Of a stretch of 57,933 nt of DNA, positions 48,050-56,475 are shown piece by piece; within the stretch, counting starts at the first letter, position 1; each line of letters begins with the position of its first letter. The stretch comes from Mageeibacillus sp. UBA5747 (GTDB lineage: Bacteria > Bacillota > Clostridia > Saccharofermentanales > UBA5734): NCBI GenBank assembly GCA_002419145.1, contig DIFN01000035.1, forward strand, positions 1 to 57,933. Direction: 5' to 3'. The notes under the pieces were generated by a model. It was given only the letters and a program-made list of their open reading frames with translations. It did not search any database and was not told the DNA's origin. Made by a program: the position numbers and the translations under genes.

Positions 48050-48149
48050 GGTTTTCAATGCTCCTGCCTTGAATCGAAAGTCAAAGCCTGATTTGGGTCG
48101 ATCGCTCATCATTTCGCAATACTTGAAATTGGCAGAATATCCAACGGAC

Positions 48150-50093
48150 TCAGGCCCGCTCCTCAAGTACGCCTGATCGATAAGCCTGGATCAGGTCTTG
48201 CAGCTCTTCGACCTGGCGAGCCATTTCCTTGCCTTCGTCGGTATCGGCCACAGTGACCCGCTGGGGCATGTTTTCGATAATCCTGACAACCGGAGATAGG
48301 TCGACCGGCCTTTTTTCATCATCCACATGGAAGGGTAAATGTTCTGCCAGAGCCAGATACCGGGAGTTGAAAATCAGGGAATACCCGCCAATCCCCGTGG
48401 TTGTCTGGTAAGCCTTGGAGATGCCGCCATCGATGACATAGAGCAAGCCGCCGCCCTTGACCGGGTTTTCGCCCGCCTTGAGCTTGACCGGCACATGGCC
48501 GTTGATGATGTGGGCACGGGCAGGGTCGAGATCAAATTCGCGCAGAATTTTTTCACAGACATCCCTATTGTCCTGCAGTTTGTAGTAGGCGTTCATCTGC
48601 TCTTTGTGGGTCGTTTTATCTGACAGGAAATACCGCTCGAAGGTAGCCATGCGGTTTTTGCCGAACAGTGGAGAGTGCGGACCGCACCAGAGATACCACA
48701 TGAAATCGCGGGCATCATAACGCTCCTGGGAGTGCGGTGGCGCAAAATAGCCGCGGCGCACGACAGCATCGATGTAATCCAGATAAGCCTTGCCCGCATA
48801 ACGTTCAGCACCAAAGGTGACGCTTTCGAATTCGCCCTCTGGGGTCATCAGGATACAGCCATGATAGAGCAAATTGTGGTTGATTCGCTTGTATGTGCCG
48901 CCCTGCAGGTAGAGGAAGCGAATATGACGCTGCAATTTCTCACTGTGCCGGAACGAGGCAGCTAGCGTCTTCATCAGATCTTCTTCCTCAGGCATCAGGC
49001 GGAGCGGATCGTTCGGGTCGATGGTCGGAAAGCGGGTGTCTTTCAAGGTATGCACGGTGCCGTCGATCGTCAGCGAGCCCTGAGTAAAATCAATTTTCTC
49101 CAGCAGACGGCGGTCTTCCATCTGGTATTCCGGATGTCGGGCAATCAGCTGGCTTTCCAATTTGAACTGGATCACCGCCATCGCCTTGTGCATCTTGGCC
49201 GCCAAATGGACATCGACCGGGTCGTACTTGTTCTCGTCCAGGATATGGGGCGTAAAGATCTTGCACGGGTCGTCGCGGTAAACCTGGGCTGCAAACACCG
49301 ACAGCGGGCGAAGGTTGATCCCATAACCATCCTCAAGCACATCAAAGCTGTTGTAGCTGATGCCGAGGCGGATCACATTGGCCATGCAGGCCAGATTGCC
49401 CGCTGCCGCACCCATCCAGAGAATATCGTGGTTGCCCCACTGGACATCCACTTGATGGAAATCGATCAGGGCATTCATGATCGCATCCGCACGCGGTCCC
49501 CGATCGAAAATATCGCCAATGATGTGCAGCTTGTCGATCGCCAGCTGCTGGATCAGGCCGCATAAGCTGGCGATGAAATCCTTCATCATGCCCGTCTCGA
49601 CGATCGAGCGGACTCCAGCCTCATAAAACTGTGCCTTACTGGCCGAATCCACATGCAAGAGTTCATCCATGATCGCCGCAAACTGCGGCGGCAGTTTTTT
49701 CCGGACCTGCTGGCGCGTGTATTTGGCTGAGACCGTCTTACTGACCTCGAGCAGACGATAAATGGTGATCCGGCACCAGTCCAGCAAATCCTGACCCTCA
49801 AGATCGAGGCGCTCGAGCTCTTTTTCCGGATAATAGATCAAATTGGATAGATCGACCCGCTCAGCCTTGGACACCGATTTGATGAACAAATCATCGATTT
49901 TATTACGGATAAAACCCGAAGCACTGCGCAGCAGATGGATGAAGGCTTCGTGCTCCCCATGCAGGTCACTGAAGAAAAACTCCGTGCCCTTGGGCAGGCT
50001 CATGATCGCCTGGATCCTGATCGCCTCCGCTGCAGCCGTCTGGATTGTTGGATAATCGCGGGAAAGCAATTTGAGGTAGGAATAGTCCAGCAT
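48150..50093 (-). CDS. fbp: Fructose-1,6-bisphosphatase class III (Firmicute type)
   Basis: LPKGTEFFFSDLHGEHEAF, LHIIGDIFDRGP, DVQWGNHD, INGHVPVK, IDGGISKAYQ; GGAGG RBS at MLDY. Confidence 0.96.
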   Translation of the reverse strand: MLDYSYLKLLSRDYPTIQTAAAEAIRIQAIMSLPKGTEFFFSDLHGEHEAFIHLLRSASGFIRNKIDDLFIKSVSKAERVDLSNLIYYPEKELERLDLEGQDLLDWCRITIYRLLEVSKTVSAKYTRQQVRKKLPPQFAAIMDELLHVDSASKAQFYEAGVRSIVETGMMKDFIASLCGLIQQLAIDKLHIIGDIFDRGPRADAIMNALIDFHQVDVQWGNHDILWMGAAAGNLACMANVIRLGISYNSFDVLEDGYGINLRPLSVFAAQVYRDDPCKIFTPHILDENKYDPVDVHLAAKMHKAMAVIQFKLESQLIARHPEYQMEDRRLLEKIDFTQGSLTIDGTVHTLKDTRFPTIDPNDPLRLMPEEEDLMKTLAASFRHSEKLQRHIRFLYLQGGTYKRINHNLLYHGCILMTPEGEFESVTFGAERYAGKAYLDYIDAVVRRGYFAPPHSQERYDARDFMWYLWCGPHSPLFGKNRMATFERYFLSDKTTHKEQMNAYYKLQDNRDVCEKILREFDLDPARAHIINGHVPVKLKAGENPVKGGGLLYVIDGGISKAYQTTTGIGGYSLIFNSRYLALAEHLPFHVDDEKRPVDLSPVVRIIENMPQRVTVADTDEGKEMARQVEELQDLIQAYRSGVLEERA

Positions 50094-50136
50094 GGTTACC
50101 TCCGGCACGGAATATTTCTGAGTCATTCAATAAATG

Positions 50137-50145
50137 ATTATATCA
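50137..50145 (-). promoter_or_regulatory. Extended -10 promoter of fbp
   Basis: TGATATAAT (TGnTATAAT) about 45 nt before the start; no good -35. Confidence 0.55.
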
Positions 50146-50178
50146 GAGTCTATCCCTTGCTCTGCTGGCTCTTCTTGC

Positions 50179-50937
50179 TCAAACCATGGATTTAATCAGC
50201 ACTTTGGTATAGTCATGCTGCGGATGGTTCAAGACCTGTCTGGTTGCACCGTTCTCCACCAGGATGCCATCTTGCATGACATACGTCCGGTCGCAGAAAC
50301 CACTGACCAGAGCCAGGTCATGGGAAATAAACAGAAACGACATGTCGTGTTTCTGGCGCAACTTGCTGAGCAACTCCATGATCTGAGCCTGGACGGATAC
50401 ATCCAGCGCACTGGTGGCCTCATCACAGATGAGTAGTTTCGGCTGGGCAGCGATGGCACGGGCAATTGCAGCCCGCTGACACTCCCCGCCACTGACACCA
50501 TGCGGTTTAGCCGCGAAAAACGAGGCGGAGAGGCCTACTTCGCCAAGCAGCTTCTCAGCTTGTGCCCTGCGCTTGGATCTGGGGACCCCTGCCGCTTTGA
50601 GTGTTTCCAGAATACTCGCTCCCAAGGTCAGCCTGGGATCAAAGGATGACCTTGGGTCCTGGAAGATCATTTTCAGATTGGCATAGGCCCGACGCAAGGC
50701 TTGACCTTTTTTTTGCGAAATGTCTTCGCCGCACAGGATAACCTGGCCGCTGTCCAGAAAATCGAGGCGCGCAATCAGGCGAGCCAAGGTCGATTTGCCG
50801 CAGCCTGATTCGCCAACAAGACCAACCGTCTCTCTGGCTCCAACGGTCAAGCTGACATCGCGCACGGCCTCAATCGCCTTGCCGCCTGCCCGGTACCTTT
50901 TGCTCACCCCTCTGAGTTGCAGGATATCACTGGTCAT
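50179..50937 (-). CDS. Opp/Nik ABC ATPase (OppF/NikE-like)
   Basis: GESGCGKST, IFQDPRSSFDP, VSGGECQRAAIA, LICDEATSALDVSVQ, SHD. Confidence 0.93.
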   Translation of the reverse strand: MTSDILQLRGVSKRYRAGGKAIEAVRDVSLTVGARETVGLVGESGCGKSTLARLIARLDFLDSGQVILCGEDISQKKGQALRRAYANLKMIFQDPRSSFDPRLTLGASILETLKAAGVPRSKRRAQAEKLLGEVGLSASFFAAKPHGVSGGECQRAAIARAIAAQPKLLICDEATSALDVSVQAQIMELLSKLRQKHDMSFLFISHDLALVSGFCDRTYVMQDGILVENGATRQVLNHPQHDYTKVLIKSMV

Positions 50938-51787
50938 GTCGTACCTCAACTTCGAATTGTTCTGGTCCGAAACATCCAGAGCCGCAGCGTGCTGCATGAC
51001 AGGTCCGTTCGAACTTGGGCACAGCCGCCAGGAGCGACTGTGTGTACGGATGAGAGGGTGAACCAAGCACGTTGTCCCGGGCACCGTATTCCACAATTTT
51101 CCCCCCGACCATCACCACAACGGTATCTGCCAATTGGTTTACTACACTCATGTTGTGGGTGACGACCAGAATGCTGGTACCAAACTGAGCGCGCATTTTT
51201 TTTAATTCAGCGACAATTTGGGCTTGGACTGTCACATCCAGGGCGCTGGTTGGTTCATCGGCAAGCAAAACAGCCGGTTCCAGTGCCATTGCCAGCGCAA
51301 TAGCCACCCTCTGGTTCATGCCGCCGGACAACTGTACCGGACAGCTCCTGAGGATGCGCTCTGGGTCAGCCAGATCGAGACAGGATAGCAGACGATGGGC
51401 CTTTTCTGCCGCCTGGCGGCGACTGATGGGGCCATGAGCCCGCAACGTTTCAAAAAATTGTACACCAATTTTTCTGATCGGGTTCAGGGATGCTCCAGGT
51501 TCCTGGAAAACCATTCCGATCCCTTTGCCACGAACACGGCGCAGAGCCTCCCCCTGCAGCGCGCACAAATCCTGGCCGGCAAACAGGACCTCGCCCCGGG
51601 TGATTTCAACTTTGCCCGGCAGGCGCAAGATCGTCTGCAGCAGCGTTGATTTGCCACTGCCGGATTCACCGATCACACACATGATTTCCCGCTTCTGCAA
51701 GCTTATAGACACGTCTTGCAGAACCTCCTTACCGCAGGGATACTGCACAAAAAGATGCTGGATATCTAAAAGACTGGTTTGATCCAT
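50927..51787 (-). CDS. Opp/Nik ABC ATPase (OppD/NikD-like)
   Basis: GESGSGKST, VFQEPGASLNP, LSGGMNQRVAIA, LADEPTSALDV, HPYTQSLL. Confidence 0.93.
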   Translation of the reverse strand: MDQTSLLDIQHLFVQYPCGKEVLQDVSISLQKREIMCVIGESGSGKSTLLQTILRLPGKVEITRGEVLFAGQDLCALQGEALRRVRGKGIGMVFQEPGASLNPIRKIGVQFFETLRAHGPISRRQAAEKAHRLLSCLDLADPERILRSCPVQLSGGMNQRVAIALAMALEPAVLLADEPTSALDVTVQAQIVAELKKMRAQFGTSILVVTHNMSVVNQLADTVVVMVGGKIVEYGARDNVLGSPSHPYTQSLLAAVPKFERTCHAARCGSGCFGPEQFEVEVRHDQ

Positions 51788-51817
51788 GGGGTGCCTCTGT
51801 CCGTTCAACCGCCGGCT

Positions 51818-53407
51818 CTATTCCAAGGCCGTTCTGGCTGTAATCTGATAATAATCAACTGGACTCTGCTTGATGCCTGTCACTCCTTTTTTTGTCACCA
51901 TGAACATATTGAGATGGAACAGGTAGCTGTAGGCACAGTCGCTGGTCACGATTTGCTGGATCTCGGTGGCCAGGTCGGCTCGCTTGTCCCTGTCAAACTC
52001 GAGTGACAACTCATGAAGCAGTGAATCCACTTGGGGGTTGCTGTAATTGCCATAATTGCCCCCATTGCCAGTGCCAGTGGTATAGCTCAGGTACGACAGA
52101 GGATCGCCGGTAGGGGTGGTGACATAGGCATAGGCACAGATATCGAAATCACCGGCTTTCAAGACGGTGTCGATGCTCTCGAACTGTTCATAAGTGGCAG
52201 CGATTCCAATCTCCTGCAGCGCAGACTGAAGCGCCTGAGCGGACTGGGGCAGGCCAGTCCGGCCATAAGTGACGATTCTCAGAGATACTTCTTTGCCATC
52301 CTTTGCGATGAAACCATCACCGTCTTCATCCCTGTAGCCGCTTTCGGCTAGCAAGGTCCGGGCACCTTCCGGATTATAATCCGGCACGTCAGTCATTTGG
52401 CTGTCATCGCCATACCTCAAAGCCGAGGGGAAAGCCGATTTGGTTGCAGTTCCGGCACCGTTGAGCAGGACTGAGCCGTAGCTCTCCTTGTCAACAGCCA
52501 TGCAGATAGCCCGCCGGAAGTTCTCGTCCGCCATGAAGGTGCGTTCCAGATTGAAGTACAGCATGTAGACCCGGGTCGTGGCCGCCTGACTGACAACGAA
52601 CGAATCATCAGGGCCAAATAAATCGAGTGTATCGTAGGACAATCCATAAGCCGCGTCGATTTCACCATTTTGCATCGCCAGAGCCAGGGTATCGACATCT
52701 GAAATAGCCTTGATGGTGATGCTCTTGCTGGCAGGCGTACCGCCCCAGTAAGCCGCAAAAGGCTCCAGGGTGGCTGATACATCTTCCACGTAGTTTCGCA
52801 CGCGATAAGGTCCTGTACCAACTGGGTATTGGTTGAAATCCACAGTGCCATCATCCGCAGCGGCGTCGATGATGCAGGCAGAGGGATCACACAGGGAATT
52901 GAGCAGGGTTGGATTGGGCTCTGCCGTTGAGATAGCCACAGAAAGGCCAGTGGCTGTAATCGAGGCAATCTTCAGATCAGACGCAGCCCGTTCATTCTTT
53001 GCGATCAGGCGTTCGAGGCTAGCCTTGACCGCCAGGCCATCCATCGCTTTGCCATTGTGGAATTTGACATCGTCGCGCAGCTGGAATGTCCACGTCTTGT
53101 TATCTTCAGACAGCACCACCTCGGTGACAAGAACTGGGACAACCTCCAGCTTGTCATCGAGGTTGAACAACGTTTCGCCGACACCATAGCGGATGGTCCC
53201 CCAGCCGTTGTAGCTGTCAGCCGGGTCCAGTTTCGAGAAATTGTACACCCCAAAGACGAAATCCTGCCGTTCCGAAGAATTCCCGCTTGTCTGAGGCTGG
53301 ATCACAGCACTGGTAGCAGCAGGTTCTGAATGCGCTGTGCTCCCGCAGGCGACCAGCAGACTCAAGGCAAGCCACATGGTAAGAATTGTGAGCGTCGTCT
53401 TTTTCAT
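51818..53407 (-). CDS. Family-5 substrate-binding lipoprotein (NikA/OppA-like)
   Basis: Lipobox LLVAC, GVGETLF, WTFQLRDDVKFHNG, PVGTGPY, NYGNYSNPQVD. Confidence 0.92.
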   Translation of the reverse strand: MKKTTLTILTMWLALSLLVACGSTAHSEPAATSAVIQPQTSGNSSERQDFVFGVYNFSKLDPADSYNGWGTIRYGVGETLFNLDDKLEVVPVLVTEVVLSEDNKTWTFQLRDDVKFHNGKAMDGLAVKASLERLIAKNERAASDLKIASITATGLSVAISTAEPNPTLLNSLCDPSACIIDAAADDGTVDFNQYPVGTGPYRVRNYVEDVSATLEPFAAYWGGTPASKSITIKAISDVDTLALAMQNGEIDAAYGLSYDTLDLFGPDDSFVVSQAATTRVYMLYFNLERTFMADENFRRAICMAVDKESYGSVLLNGAGTATKSAFPSALRYGDDSQMTDVPDYNPEGARTLLAESGYRDEDGDGFIAKDGKEVSLRIVTYGRTGLPQSAQALQSALQEIGIAATYEQFESIDTVLKAGDFDICAYAYVTTPTGDPLSYLSYTTGTGNGGNYGNYSNPQVDSLLHELSLEFDRDKRADLATEIQQIVTSDCAYSYLFHLNMFMVTKKGVTGIKQSPVDYYQITARTALE

Positions 53408-54264
53408 AGATTTCGTTTCCTTTTCGTTTTCTGAAAAAAATTGTGGGAATCATGCGGGTCAAGGGCATCCCGCACACTGTCACCGAGGAGATTGAACAGG
53501 ATGGAAGTCAAAAGGATAGCCAAGCCGGGATAAAGCACGATCCAAGGATGTTGCTGCATCAGGCCCCGTCCATCCGCGATCATGCTCCCCCACTCAGCCA
53601 GCGGTGGCTGTGGGCCGAGCCCCAGGAAGGAAAGGCCAGCCAAGGAGAGGATCGTCCCGCCGATGCTCAGCGAAGCGGTGACGACAATAGGGCGCAGCGC
53701 ATTCGGCAGGATATGCAGGAATAAGATACTCACCGTGGTTTGGCCATTCAGTTTGGCTGCATGGACGAAATTTTTTTCTTTCAGGGTCAGCACCTGGCCG
53801 CGCATGAGCCGTGCATAGGGTGGCCAACCAGTGGCCGCGAGCGCGATCACAGCATTGTTCAGGCCTTTGCCCAGCAACCCGGCCACTGCCAGAGCCAGCA
53901 CCATGCCAGGAAAAGCCAGAAAAATATCCACAATGCGCATCAAAATCGAATCCAGCTTGCCGCCCCAATAGCCGCAAGCGATCCCGACCGCGCTGCCAGC
54001 CATCAAAGTCAGGCCAACAATCACGAGGGCAGAAAAAACGGACACGGGAGCCGCAGCCAGAACTCTGGAGAACACACAGCGCCCCAGCCAGTCCGTGCCC
54101 CATGGATATGCCTCATTGGGCGCCTGCTTTGCATCAGCCAGATTGACATGGTTCGGGTCGTTGGGCATGAACAGCGGGGCCAGGATGCTCAAAATTAAAA
54201 AAATAACGGTCAAAGCCAGCAGAACGGCAAGCTGAATCCGGGTTTTGTTTGTAGATCGATTCAT
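53404..54264 (-). CDS. ABC permease (NikC/OppC-like)
   Basis: YPWGTDWLGRCVFSRV, FVHAAKLNG, HILPN, LSFLGLGPQPPLAEWGSM, FNLLGDSVRDALDP. Confidence 0.93.
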   Translation of the reverse strand: MNRSTNKTRIQLAVLLALTVIFLILSILAPLFMPNDPNHVNLADAKQAPNEAYPWGTDWLGRCVFSRVLAAAPVSVFSALVIVGLTLMAGSAVGIACGYWGGKLDSILMRIVDIFLAFPGMVLALAVAGLLGKGLNNAVIALAATGWPPYARLMRGQVLTLKEKNFVHAAKLNGQTTVSILFLHILPNALRPIVVTASLSIGGTILSLAGLSFLGLGPQPPLAEWGSMIADGRGLMQQHPWIVLYPGLAILLTSILFNLLGDSVRDALDPHDSHNFFQKTKRKRNL

Positions 54265-54265
54265 G

Positions 54266-55234
54266 TCAGTTCGCCTCTTCGCCTTGCCGTAAGCGCGGAT
54301 CAAGCAGGTGGCAGGACAGATCTACCAGGAGATTGATCAGGACGTAGATCAGTGCCATCCAGACAACAAACGCCTGGATCATTGGGTAATCCCGCTTCAG
54401 AATGGCATCCATGACCAGAAAGCCCATCCCGCGCCAGACGAAAATCATTTCTACAGCTGCAGTCCCGCCCAAAAGCGAGCCAACCGACAAGGACATCCAA
54501 GTAATGATGGTCATCAAGGCATTGCGCAGGACATCTCGGACCAGGACTGCCCCCGGTTTGATGCCGCGAGAAAGGGCACCATCCACATAGCTCTGCCCCA
54601 GCTGCTCCAGAATCGCCGCCCGCACCTGGCGGATGTGTTTTCCCGTCATGGGAATCGCCAGAGCCAAAGTCGGGAGGATAAGTCCTTTGGCTGTGTTGGC
54701 TGCGAGCACCGGTAGCCAGCGCCATTTCAGCGCAACCACGTACAGCAGGAGCAGCGAGACAAAAAAGCTCGGCATGGAATGGCCGAGGAAACTTAGCAGG
54801 CGGATCAAATAGTCTGAGAACCGGTTTTGCCGCACGGCAGTCAGGATGCCAAGCGGCACAGACAGGACCATCGTCACGATCATCGAAGTCAGTGTAAGGA
54901 GCAGTGTCCTGGGCAGAGCGGCCTGCAAAGCCTTGGCTACAGACTGTCCATCGACCAGAGACTGACCCATGTCACCGCGGCAGAAATTGCCCAGCCATGA
55001 AACATACTGCACGAGAAAGGGCCGGTTTAGGCCGGCCTTCTGTTTCAGGGCCAGAACAACCTCTTCAGACACTGGAATGCCCTGCGCCTGCAAGAGCATT
55101 TCTACCGGATCGGACGGCGACAGGTACATCAGCCCGTAAGTCAGAAAGGTCACACCCAGCAGCACTACAACCAGTGAGACCAGTCGTCTGACTATAAAGT
55201 GCAGGATTGGTTCTTGGCAAATCCGCTTTTTCAT
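54266..55234 (-). CDS. ABC permease (NikB/OppB-like)
   Basis: GLNRPFLVQYVSWL..GDMGQS, EQLGQSYVDGALSRG, IFVWRGMG, RDYPMIQ, NLLVDL..LDPRL. Confidence 0.93.
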   Translation of the reverse strand: MKKRICQEPILHFIVRRLVSLVVVLLGVTFLTYGLMYLSPSDPVEMLLQAQGIPVSEEVVLALKQKAGLNRPFLVQYVSWLGNFCRGDMGQSLVDGQSVAKALQAALPRTLLLTLTSMIVTMVLSVPLGILTAVRQNRFSDYLIRLLSFLGHSMPSFFVSLLLLYVVALKWRWLPVLAANTAKGLILPTLALAIPMTGKHIRQVRAAILEQLGQSYVDGALSRGIKPGAVLVRDVLRNALMTIITWMSLSVGSLLGGTAAVEMIFVWRGMGFLVMDAILKRDYPMIQAFVVWMALIYVLINLLVDLSCHLLDPRLRQGEEAN

Positions 55235-55253
55235 TCGACAATTTCTCGCTTAC

Positions 55254-55379
55254 TCATTTGACAGCCCGGATCATGAACATCGGGGTAGCCCCATAAAAGA
55301 TTTTTTCCTTGTCATCCCACAGATCTGCAATGATCCGGTCGTAATGGTCGGAGGATTGAGTCCAGACGTCTTCAGCCAT
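55254..55379 (-). pseudogene. 41-aa ORF resembling the fused N- and C-termini of a class I methyltransferase (internal deletion remnant) or a small protein
   Basis: GAGGA RBS, then MAEDVWTQSSDHYDRIIADLWDDKEKIFYGATPMFMIRAVK; overlaps the upstream methyltransferase stop and ends 19 nt before the permease start. Confidence 0.55.
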
Positions 55380-56148
55380 CTGTGTCCTCAATCCTTTCGG
55401 AAAGCCACCTTTCTTCGGCAGGCTTTTCCACACCCAGAGCAAAATCCGTGATCAAACTCCTTTGCTGGCCGCTTTGCCGTTCGATAAAGCTTTTCCTTAG
55501 CACTTGAACCTCTAAATGATCCACATCTTGGCTCAGGAACCAATCGATGTCCCATTTCGGTCTGAGCACGCGGGATAGCGGCAAGTCCCGGGCAATTTCA
55601 TTCATTGGGGTCGGATCAACGCCGTAACACGCAGAATGTCTGGACAAGGCGTCCATTCCCTTGGCTGCCTGATAGTCCTCGTCATATTCGTGCAGATAAT
55701 GGTTACCATCCACGATCAGAATCCGGCCGCCAGGTCGCAGGACACGGAGCCATTCCCAGTAAGCCTGTTCTGGTTGTTCCAAATTCCAGACCAGATTGCG
55801 CGAGACAAGGTAATCAAAACTGTCATTTGCAAAAGACAAGCTCTGAGCATCACCCTGCAGGGTCGCAACCGCCACGCCAGCCTCATGGAAATGCTGCTTG
55901 GCATGCTCAAGCATGCCCTGCGAATAATCCATAGCCGTCACCTGATGGCCAGCCTGAGCCAGGAGAATTGAAAAAAAGCCCGGTCCACAACCAATGTCGA
56001 GGCATCTGAGGGATTTCCCAGCTGGAGCTTGGTTTCGCAACAGCCTTTGGAAAAAATCGCGTTCCTGTCCAGACAGCTGTTCCTGGATGGTTTTGGCATA
56101 TCCGTGGGCCCGTCTGTCCCAATAATGGGCGATTTGATCCAGATACAT
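55372..56148 (-). CDS. Class I SAM-dependent methyltransferase
   Basis: Motif I CLDIGCGPGFFS, MDYSQGML, QGDAQSLSF..SFDYLVSRNLVWNL, LRVLRPGG. Confidence 0.94.
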   Translation of the reverse strand: MYLDQIAHYWDRRAHGYAKTIQEQLSGQERDFFQRLLRNQAPAGKSLRCLDIGCGPGFFSILLAQAGHQVTAMDYSQGMLEHAKQHFHEAGVAVATLQGDAQSLSFANDSFDYLVSRNLVWNLEQPEQAYWEWLRVLRPGGRILIVDGNHYLHEYDEDYQAAKGMDALSRHSACYGVDPTPMNEIARDLPLSRVLRPKWDIDWFLSQDVDHLEVQVLRKSFIERQSGQQRSLITDFALGVEKPAEERWLSERIEDTDG

Positions 56149-56166
56149 CGTTTACCTCGCTGACAC

Positions 56167-56206
56167 AAAAAAACTACCTGGCTTGTCTTTCTGACAATCC
56201 AAGTAG
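56167..56206 (-). terminator. Intrinsic terminator inside the methyltransferase leader
   Basis: CUACUUGG-A-UUGUC-AGAAA-GACAA-G-CCAGGUAG followed by U7, ending 18 nt before the ATG. Confidence 0.85.
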
Positions 56207-56317
56207 CCTGCATGACTACAGTTAGTCGCTCCCTGTTACAAGTACACAAAACTAGAACACATTTTTAACTTTGACAGCTACAACCATCGTGCCCTGCCTT
56301 CTGGCAGGACTGAACTG

Positions 56318-56346
56318 ATTGTATTAAAATGCTGGTGCAGCGTCAA
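56318..56346 (-). promoter_or_regulatory. Sigma-A promoter of the methyltransferase/ABC operon
   Basis: TTGACG(56346-56341)-N17-TACAAT(56323-56318). Confidence 0.75.
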
Positions 56347-56475
56347 TCCGAATCTGGTCAACGGTATGAATCCTGGCTATCCTGGATCATTCTCAAAGAT
56401 TACCCGAAATTCAGGATCGTCTCTTTCACGAGACATTCTTCGTTAACTTTTCAACACACAACCATTATTCAGTGC

